A stretch of 61,388 bases of DNA from a virus (lineage: Duplodnaviria > Caudoviricetes): IMG/VR virus record IMGVR_UViG_3300031228_000006, positions 1 to 61,388 of that record; one strand, written 5' to 3'. Positions 34,291 to 44,095 of this stretch are shown piece after piece. The notes beneath the pieces are model-generated. The model saw only the letters and a program-made list of their open reading frames with translations, was not told the DNA's origin and did not search any database. The position numbers and the translations under genes were made by a program. Position 1 is the first letter of the stretch. Every line of letters begins with the position of its first letter.

Positions 34291-37200
34291 GATCCCGGGC
34301 CCCCTACTCCTGCGTACTTGCCGCCTCGATTGAACTTGTGGAACTGGAAGTTGAGATCCCCGGCCACGTCCTCGGCGGTCAGGTCACTGCCCTCGAAGTG
34401 CGGCTCGTAGTGGACGCCAGCCCCGGTTCCGCCGCCCATCTTAGCGAACTGGTCGGCCGTGAATACGGGCTCCGGCTTACCGGTCAGGTTGACCACCGTG
34501 GTCAGACCCGGCGGCAGGTAGCCGCCGCTGTCGTACATCATGGTGCCGTTGTTCGCCAGCCCTGTGCCGTCGTACGCAGGGCCATCGTTCTCACCGTAGA
34601 TGCCACCCTCGTCGTACCAGTTGTTCCGGTTGTGGAACGCCAGGGCAGCGATCGGCGAGCCGTAGCGGTCGGCGATGTAGCGAGCCCCGGCGGCAGCCTG
34701 TTCGGCCGGGCTGGCGTTCTTGGACAGGCCGTACGCCGCCCGGGTGCTGTCCAGGAACTGGAAGAGGCCGTACGCCGTTGAGGTCGGGTTGTCCGCCTTC
34801 GGGTTCCAGGAGGACTCCTTGCTGATCAGGGTCGACAGCGCGTTCCACTGAGCGCCCTTGGCCCAGGACGGGTGGCCCTCGCCGACAGCCTTGCGAACCT
34901 GGTCCTGGACACTGCCGCCGACGATCTTGCTGATGGCGCCGGACAGCATCCCGAGCGGAGTCATCGAGGCCACGTCGCTGACCCAGTCCGGGATGATGTC
35001 CTTCATCTTGCTGATGACCCCGGGGATCAACTTCTTGGGGACCTCGCTGATGATCTTGTGGAACGGCGAGTCGCCCAGTTCCTCCAGCGGCTTGGAGATC
35101 CAGCCCTTGACCACGTCGGCCGGACCCTTCAGGAAGTCCTTGACCGCGTTGGGGACGCTGAAGCCGCTGGCCTGACCGTAACCAGCCTTGGCAGCACCGG
35201 ACAGGAGCGCCATCGCGGCGCCGTAGGAGCCGCCGGGGAAGCCGAAGTGAAGGTGAGGCCCGGAGGAGTTGCCCGTCGATCCCACGTTGCCGATGTACTG
35301 CCCGGCGGCGACCGTCTGACCGACCTTGACGGCGGTCCGGCTGGAGTGACCGTAGACCAGCGTGCCGTACTTCGACTGCTGGAAGATGGCGTTGCCGTAG
35401 CCCCGGCCGGAGCCGACGTAGACGATGTTGCCCGGGACGGCGGCGTAGTAGGGCTTGCCGTTATCGTTGGGCGCGTTCAGGTCGACGCCGTCGTGGCCAG
35501 GGTAGGTAGAGGCACTGCCGCCCGGGAGCGGCCAGAAGACGCCGCCCTTGGCGTACGCCTGTCCGCCTTCGAGAACCTGCTTCAGGCCGTTTACACCCTT
35601 CTTCCGGGCGATGGCGTTGAGGCGGTGAATGTTCGAGGGGCCGATCGCGGCGGTGAACTCGGGGCGCATGATCGCCTCGCCGCCAGACAGGTGCAGGCGT
35701 CCGCCGGTGGGGGAGTAGAAGTCGTGCACGTCGCGGCCCGGGGTGTAGCCGGGCATGATGCCGCCGGACCTGAACCGGTTGGCGTTCTTGGCGCCCTGGG
35801 CGGTGAGCGTGTTCTTCTTGCTGGACTCGCCGGTCAGCCACTTCGGCGGGGTAATGTTGCTGATCTGGGTCTTGGCGCCGACCTTGCGGCCCAGCGAGTT
35901 CATGCCATCGATCAGAGCGTTCAGAATCTTGAACCCAACGATGATCGGGCTCGCCAGAACCTTCCGGAGCCCGCTCCAGTAGTCGGAGACCCTGGCAACC
36001 ACCCAGCGGAAGGCCTCGGCCAGCGGCGAAAGCCGCTTCTTCATGCCGTCGAACAGCGGCTGGCCCCACTTGTTCCAGGCCGCCCTGAGCGCCTTGACCG
36101 TGATCTCCCAGACCAACTTGATCGCCTGGAATACCGGCTTGATCACGTTCTTCCAGGTCCAGGAGAAGACCTTGCCCATCGTGGTGAGCCACGGGACCAG
36201 GATGTTCTTGATGTACCAGGCGATCCCTCGGATGACGGCGCCGAAGACCTTGCCCAGAACCGGGATGATCTTGGTGGCAGCCCAGAGGATGATCGGGCCG
36301 AGCCACTTGAAGAAGGGGAGCAGGACCTCCTTCCAGAGCACCATGAAGGCCGCCTGGAGTTCGGTGAGGGCGGGCTTGATGTCCTTCTCCCACGCCTTCA
36401 TGAAGGCGGCCGAGATCTCAGCCCAGGCCTTCTTGATCCACTTCCGGAAGGCCTCGTTCTCGCGAGCGAACCCGGCCAGGGCGACGCTCAGAGCAACGAA
36501 GACGCCGACGAAGATGGCCCACAGCGGAGCCGTCGCGACGGCCGTGGCGACGGCGGCCAGGGCGATCGAGGACAGGACGGCGCTGATGCCGAAGAAGGCA
36601 GCCATGACTACCGTCAGGACCTTCTGGAGGGTCGCCGAATCCATCTGAGCGATCCACTCGGCGAAAGCCGTGACGATCCCGATGACGACCTCGCCGACCG
36701 GCGCCAGCGCCTTCATCACGTTGAAGACGGCACCGCCGATGGCCCGGAAGAACCTCACGACCTTGGGGCCAACCCGCTGGACATAGTCCAGGAAGTCCTG
36801 GATATCCTCCCGGCCCTTCTTCGAGGAGGCCCAGTCGGCGAAGGCGGTAGCGATCCTCTCGATGCCCCGAGCGAACAGCAGGGCGAAGGGGGCGCTGACC
36901 GTCAGGATGCTGGCCAGCGCTTCAAGGAACTTGATGAAGGCGTTGCCGTACGCCTTCTGAATCTCGGGCCCGAGGGTGCCCAGCATCCGGAAGAAGCCGC
37001 CCCAGGCGTCGCCCTGGAAGGACACGCTGAGCGCCTTGGTGAACTCGCCGAACCCGGCGGCCAGCCCGATGAGGGATCTGGCCAAGGTCGAGGCGTTCTC
37101 GCTGGAGAGGAAGCCGCTCAGGGCCTCCTGGATGGCAGGCAGCATCGCCGCCTGCACCGCGTCACGGAAGCGGTAGAACCCGGCCGTCAGGGAGGCGATG

Positions 37201-39116
37201 TAGAGCGCGAACCGCTGCCCGGCCGGACCGAGTGCGTCGAAGGCCTCGTTGACGGCCTGCTGCTGGCTGGAGACCTCGCCGAGCGACTCGGACTGGCTGG
37301 CCAGGGCGTCGCTGATGCCCTGCTGGGCGTCGGCGATGGCGCGGGCCGAGTCCTGAGCACTGCGAGCCTGGTCCTGAAGAGCCTCGGAGACTCTCTCGGC
37401 GCCGTCGGCGCGGGCCTCGTCCACGCCCTCGGCCGCATCGAACGCGTCCTTCTGGGCATCCTTCTGGGCCTTGATGGCGTCGGTCAGGGACTCCTGGGCG
37501 GTCTTGACCTGCTCGGTGCCGTTGACGCCCTCCTTGTCCCACTTCTTCTTGGCGGCGGCCAGGTCAGCCTGCTCGTCGCGCAACTTCTCCACGGCCAACT
37601 GCGCCTCGGCGTCGTTGATCCGGGCCTGCTCGCGATCGAGGTTGGTCGAGGAGCCGTCGGCGTTGACCGACTGCAACTCGACGCGCGCGTTGAAGGCGTC
37701 GATGAGCGCCTGGTCGATGGCCAGTTGGTTCTCGCGGATCTGCTGGTTCAGGTCCTTGCCAGTGTCGGCGGCAGCGGCTCGGGCCTCGGCCAGATCACGC
37801 TCAGCCTCCTGGACCTCCCTGACCGAGTCGCGGTAGCGCTCCTGCGCCTCGCGCTGGCGTTCCAGGGCATCCTCGATCGCGTCAGCCGCGTCCTCGCGCG
37901 CGTCGGCGACCCGCTTGGCCGCGTCCTGGGCCGCCTGAGCGGCGTTGCGCTCGGCGTCGGCGAGAGACCGCTTGGCGTCGCGGACAGCCTTAGCCGAGGA
38001 GCGCACCTTCTTGCCGAAGTCCTGCTGGATCTTCCCGGCCTGGGTGCTCTTCTTGTTCAGTGCCTGGACGGCCGGGCCGATGCCGGACAGACCGATCACC
38101 AGGGTCGTCAGGGATGCGGCGGCCACGCCCCCAGCCGTAGCCAATGCCAGGAGTCCTCCGCCAGCGGCGGCGGCCATCGGCCCGAGGGTGGGCAGGATGG
38201 CCACGACCGCGACCAGGACATAGTTCAGCGATCGGAACGCCGTCGCTGCGGAGAGCGCGTCGTTGGACGAGGAGTGGAAGATCCGCCCTAGCATCGAGCC
38301 GCTCTTACCGGCCCGGTCAGCGGCAACGGAGACGGCCGCCAGTTCAGCGATAGCGGCCCGCGTCGAAGCGCGTACGTTGATGTCGACCCGCTTGGAGTCG
38401 AGTGCGGCCAACTGACCCTGGAGCGCCTTGATCTCGGAGTTGATGGCTCCAGCCGACAGGGTCGCCGTGACGCGCACGTCGCCGAGGGACTCCAGGCGGG
38501 CCTTCAGCCGGTTGATCGCCGGGTCGGTCTGCCCCTCCAGAGCCTTGGCGGCCTTGCGAGCCGAGTTTCGTACCTTGGACTCGAACCGGGTGAGTGCGAC
38601 GTCGGACTTGTCCAACTTGCGCTCGAACTCGGTCACCGAGGCGATGGCCTCGGAAAAGTCGGCGGTGCCCTTGATGTCCACGTCCTTGACCGTCTCCAGA
38701 CGGCTCTCCAACTTGCGGAGATCGCGGAGCACGTGATCGAAGTTGGCGCGGGCGGTGATGTCGACGTCGTGGATCGAGGCGAGGTCCTCCTTCATTCGGA
38801 GGACTTCCTGCTTCATCTTCGAGGACAGGCGCGAGACGTTGATGCTGTCGAGCGACTTGCCGATCGCCTCGACGTTGCGGTTGAAGTCCTTCTGGATCTG
38901 GTCTCCGGACTTGCCGAACTCGGACGCCATCTCGCGGCCCATGGCCTTGCCGTACTTCCGGCCAGTCTCGGCGCCCTGGCGTTCCATGTCGCGGCCGAGC
39001 ACGCCGCTGGCGTCCTTGACCTCCTCGCGGATGGCCTCCTGGACGCCAGCGAAGACGGGAACGACCTGAAGGAAGATCGTCCCCGCTGAGAATCGCTTGC
39101 CCGCACCAGCCGCCAT
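34287..39116 (-). CDS. tape measure protein with M23 peptidase and lytic transglycosylase-like domains
   Basis: 1609 aa, helical. HDGVDL...YGH...VG.TGNSSGPHLHF (M23) and ESSWNPKADNPTSTAYGLFQFL (SLT-like). Confidence 0.92.
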   Translation of the reverse strand: MAAGAGKRFSAGTIFLQVVPVFAGVQEAIREEVKDASGVLGRDMERQGAETGRKYGKAMGREMASEFGKSGDQIQKDFNRNVEAIGKSLDSINVSRLSSKMKQEVLRMKEDLASIHDVDITARANFDHVLRDLRKLESRLETVKDVDIKGTADFSEAIASVTEFERKLDKSDVALTRFESKVRNSARKAAKALEGQTDPAINRLKARLESLGDVRVTATLSAGAINSEIKALQGQLAALDSKRVDINVRASTRAAIAELAAVSVAADRAGKSGSMLGRIFHSSSNDALSAATAFRSLNYVLVAVVAILPTLGPMAAAAGGGLLALATAGGVAAASLTTLVIGLSGIGPAVQALNKKSTQAGKIQQDFGKKVRSSAKAVRDAKRSLADAERNAAQAAQDAAKRVADAREDAADAIEDALERQREAQERYRDSVREVQEAERDLAEARAAAADTGKDLNQQIRENQLAIDQALIDAFNARVELQSVNADGSSTNLDREQARINDAEAQLAVEKLRDEQADLAAAKKKWDKEGVNGTEQVKTAQESLTDAIKAQKDAQKDAFDAAEGVDEARADGAERVSEALQDQARSAQDSARAIADAQQGISDALASQSESLGEVSSQQQAVNEAFDALGPAGQRFALYIASLTAGFYRFRDAVQAAMLPAIQEALSGFLSSENASTLARSLIGLAAGFGEFTKALSVSFQGDAWGGFFRMLGTLGPEIQKAYGNAFIKFLEALASILTVSAPFALLFARGIERIATAFADWASSKKGREDIQDFLDYVQRVGPKVVRFFRAIGGAVFNVMKALAPVGEVVIGIVTAFAEWIAQMDSATLQKVLTVVMAAFFGISAVLSSIALAAVATAVATAPLWAIFVGVFVALSVALAGFARENEAFRKWIKKAWAEISAAFMKAWEKDIKPALTELQAAFMVLWKEVLLPFFKWLGPIILWAATKIIPVLGKVFGAVIRGIAWYIKNILVPWLTTMGKVFSWTWKNVIKPVFQAIKLVWEITVKALRAAWNKWGQPLFDGMKKRLSPLAEAFRWVVARVSDYWSGLRKVLASPIIVGFKILNALIDGMNSLGRKVGAKTQISNITPPKWLTGESSKKNTLTAQGAKNANRFRSGGIMPGYTPGRDVHDFYSPTGGRLHLSGGEAIMRPEFTAAIGPSNIHRLNAIARKKGVNGLKQVLEGGQAYAKGGVFWPLPGGSASTYPGHDGVDLNAPNDNGKPYYAAVPGNIVYVGSGRGYGNAIFQQSKYGTLVYGHSSRTAVKVGQTVAAGQYIGNVGSTGNSSGPHLHFGFPGGSYGAAMALLSGAAKAGYGQASGFSVPNAVKDFLKGPADVVKGWISKPLEELGDSPFHKIISEVPKKLIPGVISKMKDIIPDWVSDVASMTPLGMLSGAISKIVGGSVQDQVRKAVGEGHPSWAKGAQWNALSTLISKESSWNPKADNPTSTAYGLFQFLDSTRAAYGLSKNASPAEQAAAGARYIADRYGSPIAALAFHNRNNWYDEGGIYGENDGPAYDGTGLANNGTMMYDSGGYLPPGLTTVVNLTGKPEPVFTADQFAKMGGGTGAGVHYEPHFEGSDLTAEDVAGDLNFQFHKFNRGGKYAGVGGPGS

Positions 39117-39121
39117 AGTGC

Positions 39122-39847
39122 TTATTCTACCGGCTCGGGCGGGGTGCTCTTGTGCGGCAGCATCCGGGCCACCAGGCTCCTGTGCGACCTCTCCTTGCGC
39201 TCCATGGTCGCCTTCACCATCGCTGTCTGGAGGGGGCTCATCGGACGCTCGCGAGGCTTCGGCGGCTGGCCCGCCTTCTGGCCCAACTGGACGGCGGCCA
39301 CGGTGTGGGCGACGTGTCGTACGGCGTCGTAGACGTCCTCCAGGAGGCTGGCCTCGCGGGTCCAGCCGATCATCGAGAGAGGCTTCTTCTGGTCGTCCTG
39401 GGCCTTCCGATTCGCCATGGCCTCGGCGAGCATCTTCATGTGCTCCTCGTCATCCCCGACGGCGCTGGCGTAGTGCGAGTGAGCGGGCAGGCGATCGATG
39501 ATGGCCAGGAGCGTACGCCAGCGCCGCGAGCGCCACATCTCGACCAGGTCGACGCCGAGCGGGGTCAGGTCGGTAGTGAGGGCGTCACGGTAGTGGTCAG
39601 CCAGGTAGGTCAGGCGCCGAGCCTGGTCGAAGGGCGGCAGGTCGTGAGCCAGTCGCCATCGCTCGAAGACCTGGGCGCGCTTCCACTCCGGCATGGAGGG
39701 GGTGTCGGGGGCGTGCTCCAGGTAGAGGTACTGAAGCACGACCTGGAAGTGCATCGCCCGAGGGTTAGGCAGTGTAAACGTCCTGCCAGCATGCCTGATC
39801 CTGAGATCGTCGCCGACGGCGTACTCCAGGCTGTCGATGTCGCCCAT
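39122..39847 (-). CDS. tail assembly chaperone (pre-tape-measure)
   Basis: Own RBS (GAAGGAG); LAIIDRLP..S motif; directly upstream of the TMP. Confidence 0.65.
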   Translation of the reverse strand: MGDIDSLEYAVGDDLRIRHAGRTFTLPNPRAMHFQVVLQYLYLEHAPDTPSMPEWKRAQVFERWRLAHDLPPFDQARRLTYLADHYRDALTTDLTPLGVDLVEMWRSRRWRTLLAIIDRLPAHSHYASAVGDDEEHMKMLAEAMANRKAQDDQKKPLSMIGWTREASLLEDVYDAVRHVAHTVAAVQLGQKAGQPPKPRERPMSPLQTAMVKATMERKERSHRSLVARMLPHKSTPPEPVE

Positions 39848-39923
39848 CGTTCTCCTTCAGAACTGGAAGAACGCCCCCGCCGTCGCTGTACATCCGACAG
39901 GGGGGCGTTCGGCTGGTGGGGTC

Positions 39924-40271
39924 TCAGCGGCCGGTCGCAGCGCGACGCTTGGCCTTCTGAAGGACCTTCTCCAGTTCGTAATACTCCGAGTAGGCCTCAA
40001 GGATCTGGTTGAACAGCCAGCCCGGGGTGTCGACGGTCTCGATGTGCCGGAGGTCCTCCGGGTTCATCGTGAAGCGCAGGAGTTCGCCGGGACCCTCCAG
40101 GGTCGCCAGGTCCTTCCAGTCAACCTCGGCCGGGTCACCCATGGTCACCTTGCGACCACCGACCTTCGTGACGAAGGGCGGCTTGACCTCGGTCTGCGGC
40201 CTCTGAGCGGCATCAGCGTCGAACATGACGCTGGTGTCGGGCATCGGCACGACGTTGGAGTCGTCGGTCAC
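39924..40271 (-). CDS. tail assembly chaperone
   Basis: Position between major tail and TMP, 115 aa. Confidence 0.65.
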   Translation of the reverse strand: MTDDSNVVPMPDTSVMFDADAAQRPQTEVKPPFVTKVGGRKVTMGDPAEVDWKDLATLEGPGELLRFTMNPEDLRHIETVDTPGWLFNQILEAYSEYYELEKVLQKAKRRAATGR

Positions 40272-40510
40272 TTAGCACCTCCGGTGGGGGGCTTCGGGCC
40301 GGGCTTGGGGGCAGAGCCCGGAGTGTCCCCGGCGTCAGGCTTGCCGGAGTCGGTCGACTCGTCGGGGGCCTCGGCCTTGGTCTCCTGCACGCGCTTGAAG
40401 CCGTCGAAGGACAACTTCACGGCATCGGCGGGGGTCTGAGCGACCTTGACAACGTCGCCCTTCTCGAATGTGCCCGGCTGGTAGCGGGGGTCCTTCTTAC
40501 GGCTCGTCAT
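40268..40510 (-). CDS. hypothetical protein
   Basis: 80 aa; TAGGAT -10-like hexamer 7 nt before ATG. Confidence 0.7.
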   Translation of the reverse strand: MTSRKKDPRYQPGTFEKGDVVKVAQTPADAVKLSFDGFKRVQETKAEAPDESTDSGKPDAGDTPGSAPKPGPKPPTGGAK

Positions 40511-40536
40511 GCCTACGATCCTAACATGACGCTAGT

Positions 40537-40668
40537 GGGGGTCGTGATGCGACCGCACGCCCCCGAGCCGGTGTCGCGCGACGAACCGGGGGCAACCTGC
40601 TCGGACGACATCTGGACACGGGGGCGTGCGCCAGCCGAGAGACACCCACTGACCCCGGCTGGAGCCCC
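40537..40668 (-). ncRNA. Candidate structured small RNA (three adjacent stems)
   Basis: CCAGCCGGG/CTCGGCTGG, CGCACGCCCCCG/CGGGGGCGTGCG and GTCG/CGAC on the - strand; TACACT at 40669-40674. Confidence 0.35.
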
Positions 40669-40685
40669 AGTGTAGCCAGGGCCGG

Positions 40686-40931
40686 TCACTCGGTCACCTC
40701 GGACTTCTTTCGCTCAGCCCAGACGCCGACATATGTGTGAACGATGAGTTCGTCGTCGGTCAGCGCGAGGGCGGCCTGGGAGATCTCCAGTTGGCGCTGG
40801 TGGTACTTGCGGAAGGTCTCGATCATCTCGGACCGCGTCTTACGGCCGTAGTCAGCGATTCCAACCCCAATGCCCTTGTTCGGGAAGTTGCTGGAATCAC
40901 GCGGGCCGACGCTAGTCATCCGCTCGCTCAT
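40686..40931 (-). CDS. hypothetical protein
   Basis: ATGA overlap; insertion within the tail module. Confidence 0.65.
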   Translation of the reverse strand: MSERMTSVGPRDSSNFPNKGIGVGIADYGRKTRSEMIETFRKYHQRQLEISQAALALTDDELIVHTYVGVWAERKKSEVTE

Positions 40932-41107
40932 GACTTGCTCGCCTTCTCGACGGTGGCGGACAGGTCGATGATGGCCAGGGTCTGGAGGTGGATCGCCTCA
41001 GCCTGCCATCCGGCCGCTGTGCCGGGGTTGGCGTAGCGCGTCTTCTTGATGTTCTCACGCTCCCTGTTGACGGTGTCGCGCAGGGCCTCTCGGTTAGCCT
41101 TACCCAT
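40928..41107 (-). CDS. hypothetical protein
   Basis: GGAGG RBS; begins MGKANREAL. Confidence 0.6.
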   Translation of the reverse strand: MGKANREALRDTVNRERENIKKTRYANPGTAAGWQAEAIHLQTLAIIDLSATVEKASKS

Positions 41108-41291
41108 TGGGATCCTCCAAGTAGGACAGGAACAGTTTCCAGGCCGACTCGGCGTCGTAGCCACGGTTGTACACCGCGAAGAAGGCGGAGCGAAGGCTGG
41201 CATTCAGGGACGCGGTAAGCGTCTGGGCGAGGTCATCCTTCGCCTTGTCGATGGCCTCGTCGATGAGGCCCTGCAATTCGGTGGGTGCCAT
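41100..41291 (-). CDS. hypothetical protein
   Basis: TATGCT 6 nt before ATG; begins MAPTELQ. Confidence 0.6.
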   Translation of the reverse strand: MAPTELQGLIDEAIDKAKDDLAQTLTASLNASLRSAFFAVYNRGYDAESAWKLFLSYLEDPNG

Positions 41292-41350
41292 ATCCCCAGC
41301 ATAGAGAACGGCCGCCCCCGATGTGGGGACGGCCGTCTCATTGGCTGAGA

Positions 41351-42025
41351 TCACGGAGCCTGGTCGATACCCATCTCGTCCAGGAGAGCGAGCCAGCCGG
41401 GCCCGCCGAAGAGCCAGCGCTCGGAGTACCCGAGGGTGCTGTCCTCCTCGCCGGTGAGCGTGACGCCCCAGCCGATGGGGTCGTCGCCGCCGCCGAAGTT
41501 CTGCTCGGCGTAGCCGGTCACCTTGGCGCGGGGGAGGAACCGGCCGATGTAGATCTCGCCGCCGTCGCCCTCGTCCACCGCGAGCGAGAGCGTGCGGTAG
41601 TGACGGCTGGTCGGGCGGGTCGGCTTGGCGATGGAAACCTCGCCGCTGTCGGCGTCGGCGAGGATGCCCGAGAGGTCGGCCCCGGTCGCCATGCCGAGGG
41701 TCAGCAACTTGGTCTCCTGCGCGAGGAACGTCAGGGTCGTGGTGTCCGAGGTGATGTCGGTTCGGGTCGGCGATACCGAGCCCCACGAGGTGACCTCGGA
41801 GTTCGCGACATCACGAGAGAACTGGGCACCGTCCGAGGACAGCCAGCCCGCGTCGTCCCAGTCGGTCGGGAGCGCGGTCAGGTCAATGACCACGGGCGGC
41901 CCGGCGGAATAGGTCGTCAGGTCGACGATCGGCCCGGCGGTGATGGGGGCGACAAAGACGGAGCCGTCGAGCGCCTTCCGGATCAGTTCCTGCTGCTTGT
42001 TCCGCAGGGTGGCGTAGTTGGGCAT
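41351..42025 (-). CDS. major tail protein
   Basis: LIRKAL.GSVFVAP...GWLSSDG...TSWG...PTRTDITS; GGAGG RBS; terminator-like hairpin downstream. Confidence 0.85.
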   Translation of the reverse strand: MPNYATLRNKQQELIRKALDGSVFVAPITAGPIVDLTTYSAGPPVVIDLTALPTDWDDAGWLSSDGAQFSRDVANSEVTSWGSVSPTRTDITSDTTTLTFLAQETKLLTLGMATGADLSGILADADSGEVSIAKPTRPTSRHYRTLSLAVDEGDGGEIYIGRFLPRAKVTGYAEQNFGGGDDPIGWGVTLTGEEDSTLGYSERWLFGGPGWLALLDEMGIDQAP

Positions 42026-42105
42026 CTTGCCTCCATAGGTCAGGGTTGCTTGGGTCTTCAGCGCCCCAAGCCTAGGAGGCACGTCTTCTCAGCCCAGTTT
42101 ACACG
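42026..42105 (-). promoter_or_regulatory. Conserved structured leader, copy 1 (major tail)
   Basis: 42057-42089 is identical to 47281-47313; anti-SD/SD stem plus inner hairpin. Confidence 0.8.
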
Positions 42106-42106
42106 T

Positions 42107-42499
42107 CTAGCCCTTTCGGCGAGACGTGAAGACGTAAGTAGCGCTCAGCCTGGTGACGTTGTCGTCCTCCCAGGGGCCGGGCGCCGGGGCGACGTTCTGG
42201 AACACCCTGTCGATCAGCATGGTGCTGGTCTTGTGATACTTGCCGACCAGCAGGGCACTGATGGCGTTCGCGTGGTCCAGGGTCGTCAGGTAGTTGTCGC
42301 CGAAGACGTCGATGTCTACGGTCCAGGAGCCGTTGGTCTGGGTCTCCGCTCCGCCGCCAGGAACCAGCATCACGCAGACGTAGAGTCCCTGTCCTGCGGT
42401 GTAGTTGAGCGCGCCACCGACCTTCCCGGCCGCAGCCGGGTACTTGGTCTGGATGACCTCCTGCACGGCCTTTTGGATGCTTGTGAATGGCTGAGTCAC
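42107..42499 (-). CDS. tail terminator-like protein
   Basis: Position before the major tail gene; VDIDVFG motif. Confidence 0.7.
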   Translation of the reverse strand: MTQPFTSIQKAVQEVIQTKYPAAAGKVGGALNYTAGQGLYVCVMLVPGGGAETQTNGSWTVDIDVFGDNYLTTLDHANAISALLVGKYHKTSTMLIDRVFQNVAPAPGPWEDDNVTRLSATYVFTSRRKG

Positions 42500-42927
42500 C
42501 TGGGGCCCCCTTTGAAGTCGCCGACTTCTCCGCCAGCATGTGCCAGCGCGCGTACCCGAGGCTGACCTCGGCCACCGAACTCGATCAACGCCGATCCTGC
42601 GACGTTGTTGACGACCTCCACCTTAACGCGAGCATTGCCGCCGACCAGCATGAGACCCGCGTTGCGGCGAACTCGATAGCCCTTGGCGACGCTGGCGTGC
42701 CAGCCGGTCGTCTTCTCGTCGGTACCGCTCTTCTTCTGCTGCTTGGGCGAGAGCGCCCCGGCCCGGACCGCAATGTGCCCAGAGGCCTCGGCGGTGACAT
42801 CGCGCATCTGCTCCGAGCGCATGAACGCACCGAAGGATTTTCTGTTCTCGACGTAGCGAACACGCTCGCCGGGCCTGAACCTGATCCGCGTACGGCGCTC
42901 CGGGAAGACGATCCCGGCGTCGCTCAT
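42496..42927 (-). CDS. neck/tail completion protein
   Basis: Position; ALIEFG motif. Confidence 0.65.
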   Translation of the reverse strand: MSDAGIVFPERRTRIRFRPGERVRYVENRKSFGAFMRSEQMRDVTAEASGHIAVRAGALSPKQQKKSGTDEKTTGWHASVAKGYRVRRNAGLMLVGGNARVKVEVVNNVAGSALIEFGGRGQPRVRALAHAGGEVGDFKGGPR

Positions 42928-43253
42928 GAGCCGACCTTGGTCAGGTAGAAGATGGTCGCCTTGCCGATCCCACGCTTGTTCTCGTAGTGACCGGGCTCAC
43001 CGTCGACGTCCCAGGGCTCGGGGTCGCCGGGCAGAAGGATCTTGTCGTCGGCCTTCACGTCTGAACCGAAGGGGGCGACGACCATCTGGCCCTCGACGAT
43101 CACCCAGCCGCGCTCTTCCTCGAAGGAGGTTCGCGGCACGATCATGCACCCGAGAATCTGGTGGTTCGCCGGAGTACTCGGGGTCGAGTCGAGCGGGTCT
43201 CGTCGCTCCTCGCGACGGACCGTGACCGTCCGCTTGCCGATCTTCTTGGCCAT
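42924..43253 (-). CDS. head-to-tail stopper
   Basis: APFGSDVKADD.I...W.VDGEP motif. Confidence 0.7.
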   Translation of the reverse strand: MAKKIGKRTVTVRREERRDPLDSTPSTPANHQILGCMIVPRTSFEEERGWVIVEGQMVVAPFGSDVKADDKILLPGDPEPWDVDGEPGHYENKRGIGKATIFYLTKVGS

Positions 43254-43792
43254 CAGCCCTGGCCGCCCGGGTCGCCCGGATTGAAGAGGGGGATCTTCCA
43301 CTCGCGCGGGTCGGACGAGGTGGAGAGGTTGATCTGCTGGTCGTCGCCGACGTACAGGGTCTCGACCGGTAGCAGGGACTCGGGGCCAGGCGAGGTCGGG
43401 ATGGTGAAGACCTCACCGGCGCCCTCGGGCGGGTTCGGGTCGCCGTCCGGGTTGTACTTGGTGATCGTCGTACGCTCGGACTTGGTCAGATCCATGAAGA
43501 GCGCGTAGTCGTCCACGTGGCGGTCTCCGCCGATCGGGCCGACGTTACCCTCTGCGACCACCTGGGTCGGGTTCTCGTAGGAGCGTTTACACACCTGGAG
43601 GACGACCATCTCGACGTCGAGCGGAACCCGGTTCTCGCCCGGGTCGAGCGTCCAGTCGACGTTTCCGCCGAGGAAGCGAGCCAGGTTCGACATCTTCTCG
43701 CAGATCTCGATCGCGAGGGGGTCCTCTTCGACCTCGTCCTCGTCGTTCTGCGTCCACGCGGCCAGAGTGCCGAAGGTGATCAGGTTCGCCAT
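43253..43792 (-). CDS. head-to-tail adaptor
   Basis: VP.DVEMVVLQVCKRSYENP...LTKSER motif. Confidence 0.75.
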   Translation of the reverse strand: MANLITFGTLAAWTQNDEDEVEEDPLAIEICEKMSNLARFLGGNVDWTLDPGENRVPLDVEMVVLQVCKRSYENPTQVVAEGNVGPIGGDRHVDDYALFMDLTKSERTTITKYNPDGDPNPPEGAGEVFTIPTSPGPESLLPVETLYVGDDQQINLSTSSDPREWKIPLFNPGDPGGQG

Positions 43793-43804
43793 GTCACTAT
43801 CCTA

Positions 43805-44095
43805 TCAGCGCTGCTTGACGCGGATCTTCAGCGTACGGTCGTCCTGGCGGCCAGCCGAGGTCGTGATGTGGCAGGTCGCCAAGTAGACGACGCCCTCGAC
43901 GCCACCCTGGAGCCACACGACGCACTTGCCGTCGGTGATGGACTCCTCGTGGACCGTGGCCTTCTCCAGGGCGCCTACACCGGTGGGCGAGAGGGTCCAG
44001 GTCGCGTCCTCGATCGTCTCGTCAGCCTCCAGCCAGGTGCTGTAGTCGAAGCCGTATTCAAGGACGGCGTCAGGGTCATGCGGGATCGACGCCAT
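43805..44095 (-). CDS. putative fibre adaptor protein
   Basis: DPDAVLEYGFDYSTWL...VWLQGG..G..Y...C.ITTSAGR.DDRT. Confidence 0.6.
   Translation of the reverse strand: MASIPHDPDAVLEYGFDYSTWLEADETIEDATWTLSPTGVGALEKATVHEESITDGKCVVWLQGGVEGVVYLATCHITTSAGRQDDRTLKIRVKQR

Noticed and set aside
28241-38291. Very long + strand ORFs (1016 aa, 1139 aa), and similar ones at 51817, 55394 and 57012
   Set aside because: Antisense shadows of real - strand genes, expected in high-GC DNA.
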